Shown here: piece by piece, positions 1-13,478 of the stretch
Position numbering within the stretch: position 1 is the stretch's first letter
Layout: every line of letters begins with the position of its first letter
NCBI RefSeq assembly: GCF_018977255.1
Contig: NW_024704742.1
Location: 26,848,001 to 26,912,000, forward strand
Source of the DNA: Callorhinchus milii
Lineage: Eukaryota
Length of the DNA stretch: 64,000 bases
Direction: 5' to 3'
Translations under genes and position numbers: made by a program
Notes under the pieces: generated by a model
What the model was told of the DNA's origin: nothing
Database searches by the model: none
Seen by the model: the letters and a program-made list of their open reading frames with translations, nothing else

Positions 1-287
1 GCAGGCTCCGCCTCACTCGCCCCATTATTAGCGGGTAGGCCTTCTGCCACTGTGCCCCCACCCTCTGGAATTGCATCCCGCAGTCCATCCGCCTCGCCCC
101 CTCCCTTGCCACCTTCAAGACCCATCTCAAGACCCTCCTCTTTGACCGTGCTTTCGATCTCCCTGCTTCCCCCCCCGTCCTCCAGCCCTCCCCGACCCCA
201 TCCCCCAGCTCGGGTCCGTAACTCTCTCTGCCTTGGAACGTCCTCCCGACGGAAAAGGCGCTTTACAAATGTAATTTTATTGTTGTT
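1..287 (+). mobile_element. L2 (LINE2) 3' end fragment
   Basis: Shows the ...ccttgg(g/a)acgtcctcc...aaaggcgctttacaaatgtaatt-(ttg)n tail. Closely resembles the 3' part of the L2 copy at 36298-36970. Confidence 0.8.
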
Positions 288-497
288 ATAAGATAATATG
301 TTTTTACAATTGATTGTAGTCTGCCAAAAAAATTGATCAAGGTGACTTTTTTAAAAAAAGAGTATATGATCAATTGTCTGAGTCTATACTGTTTAATCTA
401 AAATGTAATTTATGTAAATTCATTCAGCTATATATAGCGAACACCATAAGGTAGCAATGGAATATCATAGATAACTCCTCTTATGTAGCTCTGTGGT

Positions 498-745
498 TGT
501 GGAGTGCTGTAGCTCAGTGGTTAGAGCACTCGCCTCGCAAGCAAGAGACCTGGGTTCAATTCCTTCAAAAAAAATAATAAATTGGTCACTCAATCCACAA
601 CTGTTTGCTGTGCGCAATTGGCTGCCGCGTTTCGCCCACAAAATATAGTCTATTCTCTTTACAGTATATTCTGTGAAGCTCTTTGAGACATCTCGAATAT
701 GTGATCAGGCGCTATAATCAAATGCAAAAGCATTATTATTATTAT
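498..745 (+). mobile_element. tRNA-derived SINE with L2-like tail (older, internally deleted copy)
   Basis: A box TAGCTCAGTGGTTAGAGC, B box GGTTCAATTCC, tail ending aaatgcaaaagc(att)n. Confidence 0.8.
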
Positions 746-815
746 ATCTGACCGAATTATGTATGAGAGACCAAAGGCATAAGTATACTGTGTGTGGTCT
801 TATATTTGCAGCCTC

Positions 816-2350
816 TTTGTCAAAAATACTAGTGGGCCTCAGACTGTAAAGGGTTGAAGATTTGGTTATATAATATTGTTAATCAGTCGCTGCGGAGGAA
901 GTGGCAGTAGTCTTTGCTGAGGGCTCAGCGAGTTCAGTTTCTGAGGCAGGACCACATTCGATACAATTATAATGATATGATCTGGATTAACTTGTTAAGT
1001 CCTTTCATTGGCCTCTGTCAGTTTTTCTAGGTGTCCTTAACTGATGGGTATATCCTTTTCATTTAGGCACCTTTTCAACTACTTTTATCAATAAGTTGCT
1101 TACTGGAGTTATGGAGAAGACTAGGCAAAGGATAGTCATTGCTATAATACAATGTAATGGATCTCACGTGCAGGAACATGTGTCATATTTTGTAACTTCT
1201 GTGATACCCCCAAAACACAAGTGCAAGCTAAAGGCATCAATTCAGTTGTGAGCTGGCAGGGTGCGTCCCAGACACAAGAGACATTTCCATCTGTAGGTGG
1301 CTTACATCATTGGAACTATCAGTCTGGTTTGGATGCTCTTGAACACGGTGATAGTTTCTGCATATTGGCAGACACCTGGCTATCCCCCCAAAAAACTGGA
1401 ATGAGTGGATGGTGGTGAGGTGGGATGTAGGTTTGAATAACACCATCCAGAGGATGGTTTGTCTTTTCTTTATTCACGAATATTTCAGTGGATTAGCCAA
1501 ATCCCTTGGGAGTAGTTGTTTTGCACGTCCTTGAGCATTCTGAGAAATACCTGCCTTGCTTAGGGAACACTGCCTTTGACTCTCACTGAGTTATTCCTTC
1601 AACAGTCTTGGAAAAAAGCTTGTTCTGCAGAGTATCTTCCCATGTGAGTAGCAGGCAAGTGGATGAGTCAAAACTGCTTTAGATTCCCAGGAAGTCAAAG
1701 GTAGTTTTGATTACAAATGTCTAAAGAATGCTGATAGTAATTCTGAACACCAACTGCTTTCAACACGTCTTAATTTTGTTGACAGATTGATGAGAATATT
1801 GTTGATATTACTAGAAAAGCATGGGATTGTGAAATTAATTTGGCTGGACGAAAATATGACAGTAAATGGCGCTCCTGTGTTGGTTAACTATCAATGATGG
1901 AGGCAATTATTTTGATAAAAATACAGAAGTTTTCTTTAGAATTCTCTGGATTTTGAAGTTATTGCAATTGTGCAAGGTTTTGCTATCAACAATAAGATAA
2001 ATTAAGCTAGAGTCATTTCTTATTGTGAAGATTTTTAATTTTGTCTCATTATATTCTCCCTCATTCCTTTTTATATATTCCGTCAGGTATTGAGTCTTGT
2101 TATTGAGTGTACTTTAATGAATAATCAGAACTCGGTTCTTAGCATTCAGAATGGCATATAACTCAGTGCCTGCAATAACTTTGAAAAGATATTAATAGGC
2201 AGAGTTTAACTGGAACCAAATTATAACTGAACCTGCTGAGCCCTCAGCAAGGACTACTGCCACTTCTTCCACAGTGATACTGGTTAACAGTATTACATAA
2301 TCAAATCTTGAGCCCTTTACAGTCCAAGGCTCACTAATATTTTTGACAAA
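816..2350. repeat. Diverged inverted repeat, arms ~125 bp (816-939 and 2225-2350)
   Basis: The reverse complement of 2225-2350 aligns colinearly with 816-939 (TTTGTCAAAAATA...GAAGTGGCAGTAGTC.TTGCTGAGGGCTCAGC..GTTCAGTT), differing mainly by transitions. Confidence 0.85.
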
Positions 2351-2478
2351 AGGGGGAGAAATTGGACAACACAAGAAAAACAATAACCAGATCGTAGCAA
2401 CAAATGACCCAGCGAGATTCCTACACAGGAGAAAATAACTGTTTGTGGACTGTACCAGTGATTTATTTGTCATGACAG

Positions 2479-2590
2479 GTTTCACTATCAGATTTGAACC
2501 AGGAGGAAGGGAAGAATAACTTCAAGGAAGAAGATGGTTGGTGGCAGGAAACGCTATATCCACAGCCATTTCCTGGGATTGAGTGTGCAG
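2479..2590 (+). CDS. KIAA0232: KIAA0232-family protein, third-last coding exon (VSLSDLNQEEGKNNFKEEDGWWQETLYPQPFPGIECA)
   Basis: Acceptor cag at 2476-2478, donor gtaaat at 2591, 112 nt, phase 0 to 1. The WW..LY..FP..EC motif matches the recalled KIAA0232 C-terminal region, and the exon splices in frame to the next one. Confidence 0.8.
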
Positions 2591-4097
2591 GTAAATATTA
2601 AATTTTTTGTATGGTATTTGCAGTTACTGGAGAATAGTATATAACCAAATACCAGTACACAACTTTATTAACGTTGGAGCACATTAGAGCTATACTTAGT
2701 GACATGAACTAGAGGACACTATTCAGGGATTAATCAGTCAAGATTAATAGTCAGCTTCAAAAACATAACGCAGAACAAGGTCAGCAGGGGCAAATTAAAG
2801 AAAAATGCCCTAAAGAAGATCAAAAAGAAAATTAGAAGGGACATTTAAACCAGATGATGAGGTGCTATATCAAATGCAAGGATTATTATTATTATTTGAT
2901 TTTCACTTCGGGAGGATGTTTCAAAGTGTGTCAGAGTGTAGGCCTGGACTGTGAGCTCAAATTCTCAACGTGGAGCTTGAACCAACAACCACTTTTGACT
3001 TAAAGGCAAGAGTGGTACCAACTGAGCCAGACTGGCATCTTTAGAGTTTTATGTAGCACCTTAGTTTTTAAGTGGCCAACTTGAGGGACATTTATAAGAT
3101 CTGAGAGCAAATGTTACTCTCACAGAAGTAAATCCACCGCAACATTTATCTCCAAGATCTTTTGATGTTATTGTTATGGGGGGTGGGGGTGCAGATTGTC
3201 ATCCTCTCCCCATCATTTTCATTCCACACAGTATAAATGTGCCTGCGCTAGAAGAAATTTTCAGTTTGTTTTCTATCAATAGTGGGTATTGCAAACTCGC
3301 AGAAGTTGATCATTTTACTATATTTTCTTTTAATATCTATAATTTACCTTCTTGACATAAAGAAGTACAGAGAATCATCTAAAAAAAATCTCCAGGCTTG
3401 AAGTGCAATCAATGTTTGATTGCCTTCAAGGGATGTTTGTCCGTTTAAAGTATAACATGCCGTTGCATAATGTCTCAGATTATCAGTCAGGTCCTACCCT
3501 GACAGACTGTAAAGTGGGTCCTTGCTGAAGTGTTAAGCCTGGGTAAGTCAATTGCTTCATCAATTCGATTGTCACTTTATCCCAGATTTTTCATAACCTC
3601 TGAAATCCAACTGCATATGGAAAGGATTAGTTTCAGCAGCTCTGTCAGGGCAAAACAGTACCGAGGCAACATCAGCCAGGTGCCCTTTGTGCTGGCCATG
3701 GAATAGTAGGGAAGTCTGTAACTTTCATTTCCCCACATGGGAATACGTGATCTGATGAAGCGAGGCAATTCCCCCAAATGGAAAGGAAGGAATATGTGAT
3801 TTCTTCCACATTTTGTATATGAAGAATTCCAGGGCCTTATAAACTGAGCAAAATAATAGTGTGTGGTGCAAGTAAATCTAAAATAATTGGTGGTAGGGAC
3901 AGGAAGAGATGATTGATGTCTGAGGATGATAATTTTCACTCATGCAGGAGTTTCTAGTAGAAATTCAACTAATTCATCTAATTACTTGGGCCAGTGCGGA
4001 CATATTTGCCAATAATTGCGGGGAAATTTGGCAAATTTTAATCCTGACTGAGGGGCTCCAGGAAGTCATCACCTCCTGCCTCTTGGATCACCGCAGT

Positions 4098-4226
4098 GCA
4101 CAGACACAGAGAGACACACACTCCCAGAGAGAGGTACATATCCACATCCACAGAGACACACACTCACAGATAGAGAGAGAGAGACCCACACACTCACTGA
4201 CACACAGAGAGAGACACACTCGCACA
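4098..4226. repeat. Degenerate (CA)/(GA) microsatellite
   Basis: Visible acacagagagacacac-type repeats. Confidence 0.8.
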
Positions 4227-5069
4227 AACAATTTCAACAGCAGGGCCTCCTGGTGAGAGAAGCCCATTTTCCTGCTCGCATGTGTGTCTGGAGCTGCTCT
4301 GCCCACACTAGTGCCGTCGCGTAAACAGCAGCACGCAGAGGCCCAGAACCGCGAGTTCACTGTGATTTTAGTGTTTTTTTTAAGCAGAGGGGGGTGTTTG
4401 TGGCGCACAGAAAAATTGCAGCCCCACTTTTCTATTGGCCCAGCCAATTACTAAAGTAGTTATTTGAACTAATAGGTGATATTTCATTCAAGTGGGAAAG
4501 TTTAGCCACCTGTAGAAAATTACTGTACACATCCTATGTAATACTAATTAAATATTGCATAATACATTAGAATAATTTTTCTGAGTGATGGCTATTTCAG
4601 GACCAAAATGCACACTGGCATGAACAAAATCGCCACTGCCATTATTGAAGTTAATTACTTAGTTATAGGATGACCTTGTTATAATGCACTCCAGGTTAGT
4701 ACAACTTTTATTGTAGCCTGGATATACTATGCACCTTCACTATACCAGCAACACAATACACCCGACTGCCTGCGCTTAAAAAATAGTAACATTCCAGGTC
4801 ATCAGATTGCCGCTATGGTCACTGCATAATCCACAGGAAGCATCCGAAATCCCTTTGGATAGGAAGTGAAGTCAGGGTTGCTTTCTGTGCAATTCACGCA
4901 ACGTGCAGGAAGTAACATTGGAGACGATCCAGAAGTGGGACTAGTGGCCATTTTTCCTTGGGTGGTCATAACATGGGATATAATTTTATGGACCAAAACC
5001 GCCATGTTGTGATGGTCACCCTATGGTTTGAATAAAATATGCCTTGGCTTCCAAAGTAATTACACAATT

Positions 5070-5510
5070 CAACAACAACAACTTGCATTTATATGGTACC
5101 CTTCACATGGGGTAGCGTCCCTGAGCACTTTGACAGTGGTGGAGTCTGACCCCGAGCCAGGGGGAGAGGGAAGAGGGGGTGACCATAAGCACAATTTTAA
5201 AAAAAAGGAAATGTAATCAATTTTATAGAATACCTCACTACAGATCTATAATATTATACCTGTGGGGGATTTGAAAGTGGGGAGGGAGCAAAGCGGAGGT
5301 ATTGAGGGAGGGAGTTCCAGAGCTTCGGAGTGTAGTGGCTGTAAACACGGCCACCGATGGTGGAGTGGAGGGGGCGAAGGGCAAACAGGAGGCTGGAGCC
5401 GTACGAGTGGTGGTGAAATGGGGGGTGAACAAACTGGATAGGTAGGGAGGTGTGAGGGCATGAAGGGATTTCAAGAGTGAGAGCCTCTTGAAGTCGATCC
5501 GTTCGGTAAT
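5070..5510 (-). mobile_element. L2 fragments (ORF2 C-terminus and 3' tail)
   Basis: Minus-strand translation KSLHALTPPYLS and IGGRVYSHYTPKLWNSLP is typical of the L2 ORF2 end; (caa)n tail near 5070. Confidence 0.7.
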
Positions 5511-5663
5511 TCAGTTTATTTATTTGAGTCCTTATCTCACCAAAGTAAATTAAATCCATAAGTAAATATAGAGTTAAATCATATAACTATATTGCATATA
5601 AAGCAAATGGATTTTGTACATGAAAGGTAAAATTTTAACTTTTTCTTAATTTTTGCAAACAAG

Positions 5664-5758
5664 AATGCTACACTGACACCAGAGAAAAGGATGGGATTGA
5701 GTGTCCAATTTTAAGAGGACGTTCACACAATGGAGAGTGTCTTCTGCAGTTGGATCTG
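5664..5758 (+). CDS. KIAA0232: KIAA0232-family protein, penultimate coding exon ((E)CYTDTREKDGIECPILRGRSHNGECLLQLDL)
   Basis: Pyrimidine tract plus aag acceptor, gtaagt donor at 5759, 95 nt, phase 1 to 0. The ECYT start matches the recalled KIAA0232 exon. Confidence 0.8.
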
Positions 5759-7952
5759 GTAAGTTAAAAGTTTTCCCACTCAGCTCCTGTTAATCTTGGA
5801 AGATAAAACCCTCACGGGTAAGGTGGTCCTAGCTGGACAAGGAGAGTTGGAAGCTGTCTACAATGGCAAACCACGTGGTTTTAGTTGGCTGAACTGCAGA
5901 AGTACTTCAACGCACACTTTGGGATCCCCAAACCTTCTCTCTTGCCAAATTGCTCCTAATATTTTCCTGAATTACTTAAACAGGGTGAGTCCCTCTGGGA
6001 GAGAGTGCACACTCCATTTCAGACAAAGGGAAATTCCCATAAACGTGCAGATCTCTCCATCTGGTTTAAATACACTTTGAATGGTGTGATGAGTTTCTGT
6101 GTGTGTTAGGCTGACCAAAAAAAAGTTCTCATTTTAAGCATTCATTTCAAGAGATAACAATTTTGTTGTCTTACCAAAACAGAAATCCTTATCATAAATA
6201 GCAGTTACAGTGTACGCTTTAATTTTTTCCTGTTTTGAGAACTTGATGTACAGTGAATGATAATTATTGAAAGTGTATGTTTTGTTTTGGTGAGTCCTTG
6301 GGCAGATAAACTGCATATACTGTGTACAATTATTCACAGTTACTGTATACAACGGTTCACAGTTGCAGTGCTGTATTTGAAGACTGTGACTGGCCACAAA
6401 AACAGCTAAACATGTATTTAGAGTTTATTTTGTTTGCATTGGTATTAATGTTTATGTCCCTTATCACCCAAGACAACATTTAGTTTGTATTTCCTATTTG
6501 TCATCCTTTCTTAAACTAGCTGTTCATCGAGTCTAAAGTCAGCCAGGTAACTTGTGTTATAATTTCATGCACTCGAGTGTCCCACAAGCATTATATTATA
6601 GGTCTGTAGTGAGGTATTATTCTGTAAAATTGATTACATTTTCTTACATGACCATGCTTCAGATGTATTTCACTAGTTTTAGTTGACTTCAATTGGAAAA
6701 TGGCAATTGTATCACTCCTTTTATTGTAATTTCTCTTCAGTTGCATTAATCCCAACTATTTTATGCATTGTTCTCAAGGGATGTAGTATGTATGATTAAA
6801 TGGAATGGGTGCTCTTTTGGGTCTCATGAATGAGATTGGTGCTCTTTTATGGTAATTGCTTGGAATTCTAGTCATGTTGTCTTGAGACTTAATGATATGT
6901 CTGTTGGAGTATCTTTTTCCTTTCAAACTCTCCATGTTGGTTGGATCTGGTGCTGTTGCTGCTCATGTGGTTGAGCTGAAGGTAGTTAGTTCAGAGCCTT
7001 TTTGGTTTAAGAGAAAATCCTCAGCATTTTCAAAGTCTCCTAGGTTGATACAGGTGAACCTCCTAGTTTGAGCTACAAATAGTATGGAATATTTTGAATA
7101 CTATTTTCCTGGGACTATTATTGTCATTGTGGTGCTTGGTTCTAGAAATCATTCACTATGTGAATTCCTTACCAAATGTTTTGAGCTAGAGAGTGTGTTT
7201 GGCTATACTTGCATGTCCTCCTTTATACGATTACCATACTGTTCTCTCATGTCCCTGGTTGGCAGCAATTTGGTGTCCTGTATGGTGGGTTGTGGGTTCC
7301 TGTGTGCTGCTATAGGGGTGTTGAATGATGTACCTGAGGCTGTCTATGTTTGTCTGCTTTTGTTCACGCTTGTGGCATTCTTTCGATGTCAGGTTCTCTG
7401 CTTTCCTTTATTGTGGACAGCTCCCAAATTGCTGAGTTCAATGGTAGTGGAGGTTTGCTCTATCTTTTAAATTGGAAGAGAATATTGAAGATGGGAAGAA
7501 ACTGGTGGGGTTTTGCAACATGATGCAGAACCCGATTAAAACTTGGGCATATTTATGCCAGCCAAAGCAGATGTCAGGAAGTGTGAATGACAGAAACATT
7601 GTATTGTCTGATCTGTTTACAAACTGCCATGCACAGACTTCTGCTACATTTATCTGAAGGTTTTTTTTACATAATCAAATATATTGTGGTTTAATTAGTA
7701 GTACATTACACCCACAAAATGTATAGTCACTTCACTTTACAGTATATTTCTATGAAGTGCTTTGAGACGTCTCGAAGACGTGGTAAGGTGCTATATCAAA
7801 TGCAAGGATTATTATTATGACAAGCCAATGCATTGGTGTTTAAATATCCATATTTCCTGCCCTTTAACAGATTCCCAATGTCATCTGGAAAATGTGCAAT
7901 AGTGCAATTTTATATTACTTTTTTTAAAGAGAAGTTGTATTTTCTGTCTTAG

Positions 7953-8126
7953 CAGACGACAGAGGTGAACTGCAGAGCAGAAGGTGATACTAGAGGGAGG
8001 TCAGCTGTCATCCGCAGGAAACTTTTCTCCAGTGATTGTTCAAGCTCCGATGAATCTGCTTCAGAAGGCGGAAGTGACTGGGATGACCCTCCAGATGAAG
8101 AGCTTTTCTCTCGCACACATCTTTAA
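7953..8126 (+). CDS. KIAA0232: KIAA0232-family protein, last coding exon (QTTEVNCRAEG...SEGGSDWDDPPDEELFSRTHL*)
   Basis: Acceptor tttctgtcttag, 58 codons ending TAA at 8124-8126. C-terminal EELFSRTHL matches KIAA0232 as recalled. Confidence 0.9.
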   Translation, partial: QTTEVNCRAEGDTRGRSAVIRRKLFSSDCSSSDESASEGGSDWDDPPDEELFSRTHL

Positions 8127-11100
8127 TTCTGCTTAGCTGTTTCATCAGCGAGAAAAACAACTAATCTTTTAATAAGTTCACAACTCTTGTTGAGTTGAGA
8201 GCTTATTGCTCTGATATACAACTTTAGTTTTCTTTTCATTTAACTGCTTTAGATAGGTATTTATCTTTCTCTTCTTATAGGTTTCACTGTCAGGCATTGA
8301 GGCCAATCCTGTGACAGAAAAAAAACTGATTAATGATGATAGTTTATTGAAACCTTGGCTTTTTTCAACTAATGTAGGTTGTGTTTGTCAAAAGAATGTG
8401 CATGTGCCTATCTTACTAGCACCACTGCTTATTTTGCTGATTAATTACTTCTGCTTCCATTACTACTGTAGAACTACCATTGTTACTAGTATTACTATTT
8501 CTACTACTTCTGCTATTCAGAGGCTCTTAACATATGGCACAGTGTAACACTTTATTGTAAAAGAATTGGGAGATAAATACTTAAAGCTAAACATTTCAAA
8601 TACTAGATCAGTGCCTTTCTGAATGCAGAACAGCATGGATGAATAGACTTAAAACATCTAATTGAAACCTGTTATCTCACTCAAAGTAGGAATGATAAGG
8701 TTGTGCTTTAGAGGATAAGTATAAAAAAAACCTTTTTCTCCTGAATGATTCTAAATGCTTTTTCATAAAATGGAGTATTTTAATGAGTATAACTTTTGAA
8801 ATGCTAACTGTGAAAGTCCAGGATTTTATTGAGTTGTGGGAAAGGTTTCAGTTATGAAGGTTTGGTATTGTTGAAGTAGAAGGGACTACTTTGAGACAGA
8901 TTCAAAAAAAAGATTTTAGGCAACAGTATTATACAGCAGGATGGTAAAAAAAACATTTAATCCATTGTACAGTCAAACGGTGTACACCTGCAGCGTATCA
9001 GTCGTACACTCGTCTTGTGAGAAATTCTGAGACAATTACAGTTAGTTCATGTTGTGGCTGTGATTTTATAGATCTTAGAGTTCATTTTGTGTTTTCGGAG
9101 GGGTGTGAGGAACCATTCTGGCATTTTACTTGTGCTGACTACAAGAACCAAGTGTAGACTTTAAAAAAAACTTAAGAATCTCATTTACATGTGTGACTGC
9201 AGTAGTGATTGTTGCTTCATGTGGCTTGCTTTGAGATTTTATTTCCTAATTTTGTAACACTGGTGTCATAAGTTCACTTTGACATCATAATATAATTGTT
9301 GAACATCTTTCACCTCCTTGTGCTTTGATTCTGGAAAATGAAAAGCCAAGGGGAGCAATATTCTGGTCACCAGGTATGCAAAGTTAAGAGAGGTTTTAGC
9401 TTTGACTTAGCTTGCCTGGATCCCATGACAGTAATACTGGGTTACAACAGAAACTGAAAATTCAACTTAACGTTTATTGAGCTTGAATTTACATGAGGAA
9501 CACAGTAACCACTGAACTTATCATGGTGAAAATTGCTATTATAATGAGAAAGCAGAAGGATTTAGCTGAATCAGCATTGTGATAAATTCAGCATCCCAAA
9601 CTGTTGAAGCTGCAGTATTCATTTTTAGTTGCTACTTGTATGCACAAATTGAAGTACTGAAGAAAAGTTTGACATAGATTCTTCAAAGATAGTTCATATG
9701 CTCTATACAGTAAAACAGTCACATATTTGAAGCATTATAGATTATTTTTCAAGATCCCTTTTGAAGACTTAACTTTTTTGAAAATTTAGTGAAAAGAGCT
9801 TTCAGATTTTTATTTTCTATTTTATTTGAAACATAGTATATATAAGCTAGCAAAAATCAATGCTGCAGCTTTAAGAAATTCATAACCATTGCTAAAAGTA
9901 GGGTTATCGAATTTTTTAATGGTTAAGGATGTCGTGAATAAGAACAGAGGATTGAAAGCCTTCTTTAAATCGTATTTGCTTAAGTTATGATTTATTTTTA
10001 GAGCTGCTTATACAGGCGAGAAGGACTTATGTCCGTTGATGCATGAGCCTGGCAGTAAAAGTAATATAAAATCGCATCATCTTGGGAAAAGGAGAAAAGG
10101 CTTGTGGATGGGGAGGGTGGGGGGAGGGGGGGTCCTAAGGAATAATGAAACGTTTACATGTCATCTGTACTTTTTTCCATATTTATGTGATTCAAAAACT
10201 TAAAGCAGCATTCAATTGGAATAGTTTGAGAAATGTGATTCAAGTTTCTTACGGTAAGGTTTTCAACTTGATTGATTTATTGAGGCAACGAGGGGGAAAG
10301 TTTGTAGTATGCACCATCCATTACAAACCGGCTGAAAAGCAACCATAAAGCACACCGTAGAATAAATAATGTTGTATGCCATAGCATTGAAACCTGAGTT
10401 CCCCATTTCTCAGTTGTTAGCCTCTTTCTAATTTTTGCTTCAAGTGGTTGTATTGTTCTCTGATTTCATGTACACTAGAGTAACTGATTTTGTTTCATTG
10501 TGGAATTACTTTACATCTAAATAAAGACTGAAAAGTAAAATCCAGTTTAAAGTATCTTGGGTTATTTCTGGTAATTTCTAAATAAAAAATTATCTGAAGT
10601 AATACTGTAGAATGCTTTCATATTAATTGTTCTGCCTGGTTTATACTGTGCTGTTTTCAGTGGGAAAAACTCAGTATAAATAGGTTGTGAGATTTGTGAT
10701 GACATAATGTTCTGTGCTTGAGTTCAGCAGCTGAGAGCTCTTGAGGAAATAGTTTTGGTGGGCCATCGATTTACAATGCTGCCGTTTAAATACACGTGGT
10801 GCAAATTTGTTCAGATTCTCTTCAAAAATGGTTCCTTCATTGCTCTTGAATGTTTCAATGGTAGCCCAAGAACTTTTGAGAAACTATTTTTAATTCTATT
10901 GAAGAGTCAATTTAGATCAATTCATGAATAACGTTTTTTTTTAAAAAAACTAAAGTTAATTAGTTGATCTCTACATGCGTGTAGTTATGCACACAGAGAT
11001 CTTCTCAGCCACTATCAAAAGTTTGGTCACTCAATCCACGACTGTTTGTGGGCCACTGCTGTGCGCAATTGGCTGCCGCATTTGGCCACAAAATAAAAAG

Positions 11101-12535
11101 TCAATTCACTTTACAGTATATTCTGTAAAGCGCTTTGAGATGTCTCAATGATGTGATAAGGTGCTATGTCAATTGCAAGGATTATTATATATTAAGAGGG
11201 ATTGGGAGATGGAAGCATGAATCTGGCTTCCCATTCTGAGAATCACTCCACTAGAGAGATTTACCTTTAGATACATTTTTCTGCCATGTGCAAAATTCAA
11301 CAAAGAGGTAATTCCTTCAAAATAAGGACAACATAGAACAGAAAATTCAGAATTCATTGTAAGAGGGTGATAGACATGTCAAACGGGTCATCAGCCCAAT
11401 TGGTGAAACAAGAACAGGAAGGATTTCAAAACAGAACTAGGTGATTTCCTGTCAATTCAAAGGCTCAGGGTTAGATTCAAATAGAGGTGTCAAAGGAATC
11501 TTGTGGGAAATTGGATGGGTAGACATGATGAATTGATTATCTAATTCTGCTTGAAGTTGTTACTATGTTACCATCTGTAAATTGAAGAATGCAACAGAAA
11601 CTTTTCAATAATCATCACCTTTTCCACAAATTATGCATTGTTTCAAATGTAGCACCATCGATAATGTATCCAAAAACATGCCAAAACCTTTTTCTCCAGT
11701 TATGTAATAAAATATTGTTACTGGTCTATTTTCCATATGCTTCCTGAAGCTTCCTAAAACGTTTGTAGCTTTTCAATTTAAAGATGTATGCTTAAGAGTA
11801 GTTTATGTTAATAGAAACTACTTAATATTTTAATTCAAACATCTACAAATTTTCCAGATTTCTCGTCATTAAACTTTTAAAAATTTGGGTAAATGATATG
11901 GTTTCCATCACAAATTAAACGAGCATAGCCATTCTTTCAATTGTAAATGCTTGATTTACACCTATTTTGTAATTCCACATACTGTATTTCATGTCTTTTA
12001 CATTGCTCTAATATCTAGTTTTAGCATCAATAGTTACAATTTTGTTTACCCAGAAAAAATACACTTGGTAGCAAACAGCCTTTGAAGAGATTACCTGTAT
12101 TTTATTAACAGATGTAGGAAATTGGAAGTCAGTCTGGAGGTTCATTGCATGTTTGTGACCACACTGCAATATTCTGGAAGAAAATAATACAAAGCAATTT
12201 TTCAGTATTTCACCCACTCGTCGTCTTTTGATGGTGGAAGATTATTAATCTCCCAATCGTTAATGGCAAATACGAGCAAAAGGTGATGGTTTGATACTTG
12301 ATTTTATTAGTGCAGAAACATTTTTTGTAAGTTTCTGTACATGCTAAATCTAGTGAGAAATCTTCTGTACTTTTTAAAAAATAAACTATTGGGTTAAGAT
12401 GCACAGTTGGTTTATATGGATAGTTTCAGTTGTACCAATACAGCAATAAGAGGTATATTTCTCTTTCTCATCAAGTGTTACTTTTCTGTATGTTACAAAC
12501 TTATTTCCTAATAAAAAATTGCAATAGGTTAGGAA
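8127..12535 (+). other. Putative long 3' UTR of the KIAA0232-family gene
   Basis: AT-rich and almost repeat-free for ~2.9 kb after the stop. Several AATAAA hexamers; a candidate distal signal at 12510-12515 precedes the return of SINE density. The end point is uncertain. Confidence 0.5.
11020..11190 (+). mobile_element. SINE 3' half (L2-like tail)
   Basis: ggtcactcaatccacgactgtttgtggg...tgcaaggattattat, shared with the full-length SINE copies. Confidence 0.75.
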
Positions 12536-12644
12536 ATTGTACGATTATCACATTTGGTAAATTAGATTTTTCCCTATTCAACTTCACAGAATATATGTAA
12601 ATGCTTGAGGACTGTTCCACCTTTGTTTAATGTTTTTATAACGT

Positions 12645-13064
12645 GTATAATTAATATAGCACCTTTTCATGTCATCAAGACCTCTAAAAGCACTTCACAG
12701 AATATACTGTAAAGTAGATTGACTCCGTATTTTGTGGGCAAAATGCGGCAGCCAATTTGCACAGCAATGTCTCATAAATAGCCACGGAGTGAATGACCAA
12801 TTTTATTTGGGGGACTGTTGGCCAGAACACTGGGAGAAACTCCCTTCACTTTTCGAATAGTGCAATGGGATCATTAATGTCCACCTGAACAGGCAAATAG
12901 GATTTTGGTTTAACATCTCACCTGTAGGACGAAAACTCCAGCAATGCAATACACCACCAATACTGCATTAGCATGTCCTCTTAGACTGTGATTCCAAGTC
13001 CCGGCATGGGGCTTGCACCTACAACCGAGGCGAGAGTGCTACAATATTGCACCAGGCTGGCACA
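12645..13064 (-). mobile_element. Deu-domain SINE (SacSINE1/AmnSINE-like)
   Basis: The reverse complement shows a tgccagcctgg head and the gatgttaaacc...caggtggacattaatgatcccattgcactattcgaa Deu core. Confidence 0.7.
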
Positions 13065-13478
13065 ATATGCGTCAATTTGTGTGTCAGTGCTCAGTAATCA
13101 CTAGGCTCCATTCATGACACTTCAAAATGGTTTTAGTCTTGCTGAGAGTTCTGAACTTGCTTCTCTGTCTTTCATCCTGTACAGCTTGCTGGCCATATTT
13201 GAATAACTACACTTTAAGCACCCTAATTTTGATTGAAATTAATGTATCCCCAGAGTTCAGAAAGAAAATGGGTGTTTTGAAGACAACTTTGAATAAAAAA
13301 AGTTCATAAAATTAAACTTGCATTAATTTAAAAAAAAGATTGTGAGGAGGTGTGGTCCTGATCTTTAAGTGAAAGATAATGTAAATGTGAGTTTATTTCA
13401 TTCAAAGCCACAATTACAGAACTTGTCAAGTTTTGTTATTTCTGAGTTTTATTTAGCCTTTATGCACATTATATATAG

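Noticed and set aside
7084..7470. 128-aa hydrophobic ORF
   Set aside because: T-rich intronic sequence with no recognisable motif or compatible splice sites.
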